DNA from: Epithemia pelagica
Lineage: Eukaryota > Protista > Bacillariophyta
Assembly: GCA_946965045.2 (NCBI GenBank)
Contig: OX337231.1
Span: forward strand, 3,534,001-3,598,000
DNA length: 64,000 nucleotides
Direction of reading: 5' to 3'
Shown here in pieces: positions 62,952 to 64,000 of the stretch. The position numbers and the translations under genes are program-made. Position 1 is the first letter of the stretch. Every line of letters begins with the position of its first letter. The notes below the pieces were generated by a model that had not been told where the DNA came from, did not search any database, and was given only the letters and a program-made list of their open reading frames with translations.

Positions 62952-64000
62952 TTTGAATCGAGACCGTGTTCCCATGACAAACGAGGGCTTTTGGCATGAA
63001 AAGAATGACGCAATCCTCGTTCCTCGACACACCCAACGACGATCTCTCTTTGGTATCTTTGTCAGGGATGGTTCGGAAGAGATTTTGTCGACAACCGGAG
63101 AGACAGACAGACATACAGACGCAACGACTTCCTAATTGGACGCAATAGTAGGAGTATTGTAGCAAGGGCTCTACCGTATTTTGCGGAGTCCTGTCCTCCC
63201 CCTTAGTCCTGTCCCCCCCCACTCCCCTTAAACGTACATGGGCCCCTAATTTTTTATCTGTAGCTTCTTTCTGGGCTTATGGGTTACCCCCACATTCCTC
63301 ACGTTCCGAGCTTTCTATCACACTATCTGACATTATATGGGAGTGAAGAGAAACAAGAGATACAGCATGATGGGTATTATGCTTAGGGATAAGGCTACGC
63401 ATTGAAGCACGGTCTTTCCCCTAACTGGAATAGTGCGACCAACTCTTCTCTACTACTCCGATGTTGAAGTTGACTATTAATATGAAGTTAATTGTACCTT
63501 GCGTATGGAATCTTAAGAAAAATTATCCAAAATTGCGCAGTCCTTGCATAGAAGCAATTCTCTGTTCTCTCTCGCGTTGGATCTCACATTGTGGGAAGAC
63601 TTGCGGCTTCATCGGTGCTCCTCTCTTCTCTCCTCCTTCCCTCGATTACAATTCTTACAAACAGGAGTTGATCCACTCAACGCCAATACCCTTTGCAAAC
63701 ACCTTGTAAGAGCGACAACTCTGGCGCCAATACAAGTACATTGTTCCAAGAACAAACGATTGATTCACTTTATATTTTTTCCCTTAAGCAGACTGCATCC
63801 ATGACAACTACACTCCTTGTTCCGCAACTCCCATCACCTGCACCCACATCTTCATCATCATCATCATCATCATCATCATCTTATACTTCCATGAACGATC
63901 CTTACAACGCAACACCTCCATCAACGGATTCTATGCCAAGGCCCTTTGCTCCAGCCGCTCGAAGAATCACTCCAGTGCCTGCCATGCTGCTCCTTCAATT

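Noticed and set aside
63891-64000. ATG-initiated open frame at the window end (MNDPYNATPPS...)
   Set aside because: Only ~36 codons are visible, too little to call.
1-64000. tRNA, rRNA and other structured ncRNA genes
   Set aside because: No cloverleaf or rRNA-like conserved segments were recognised by eye; a covariance-model scan was not possible.

Overview
Eukaryotic genomic DNA, most likely a pennate diatom. This is inferred from short GT-AG introns, CoDi-type copia elements, bipartite signal+transit presequences, Q/T/S-rich low-complexity proteins and ACAATGG start contexts. The first ~31 kb is TE-rich. It holds a window-truncated Ty1/copia element (1-~5.35 kb, minus) and an intact-looking Ty1/copia element (21881-29044) with identical 237-bp LTRs and an ACCAT TSD, inserted on the start codon of an MLO-like gene. 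It also holds a PIF/Harbinger transposon nested in the TIR of a TA-flanked MITE, and a rearranged inverted copy of MLO-like and cap-methyltransferase gene fragments. Host genes: TTL-like ATP-grasp ligase, NDUFAF7, MLO-like, RNMT, AhpD-like, ISCU, two tandem cAMP-receptor/Git3-like GPCRs, a DUF151+UVR nuclease, a frameshifted DNRLRE(CBM96-like)+PL7 alginate-lyase-like gene, a convergent pair of coiled-coil paralogues and several hypothetical proteins. A hAT MITE and a composite MULE-like element are also present. The most striking observation concerns the two dissimilar copia elements. In both, gag and pol are in the same frame and separated by one TGA, followed directly by a long predicted RNA stem-loop and a hydrophobic, transmembrane-like segment. 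This suggests programmed stop-codon readthrough giving a possibly membrane-anchored Gag-Pol. All family calls come from motifs read by eye; no searches were run.
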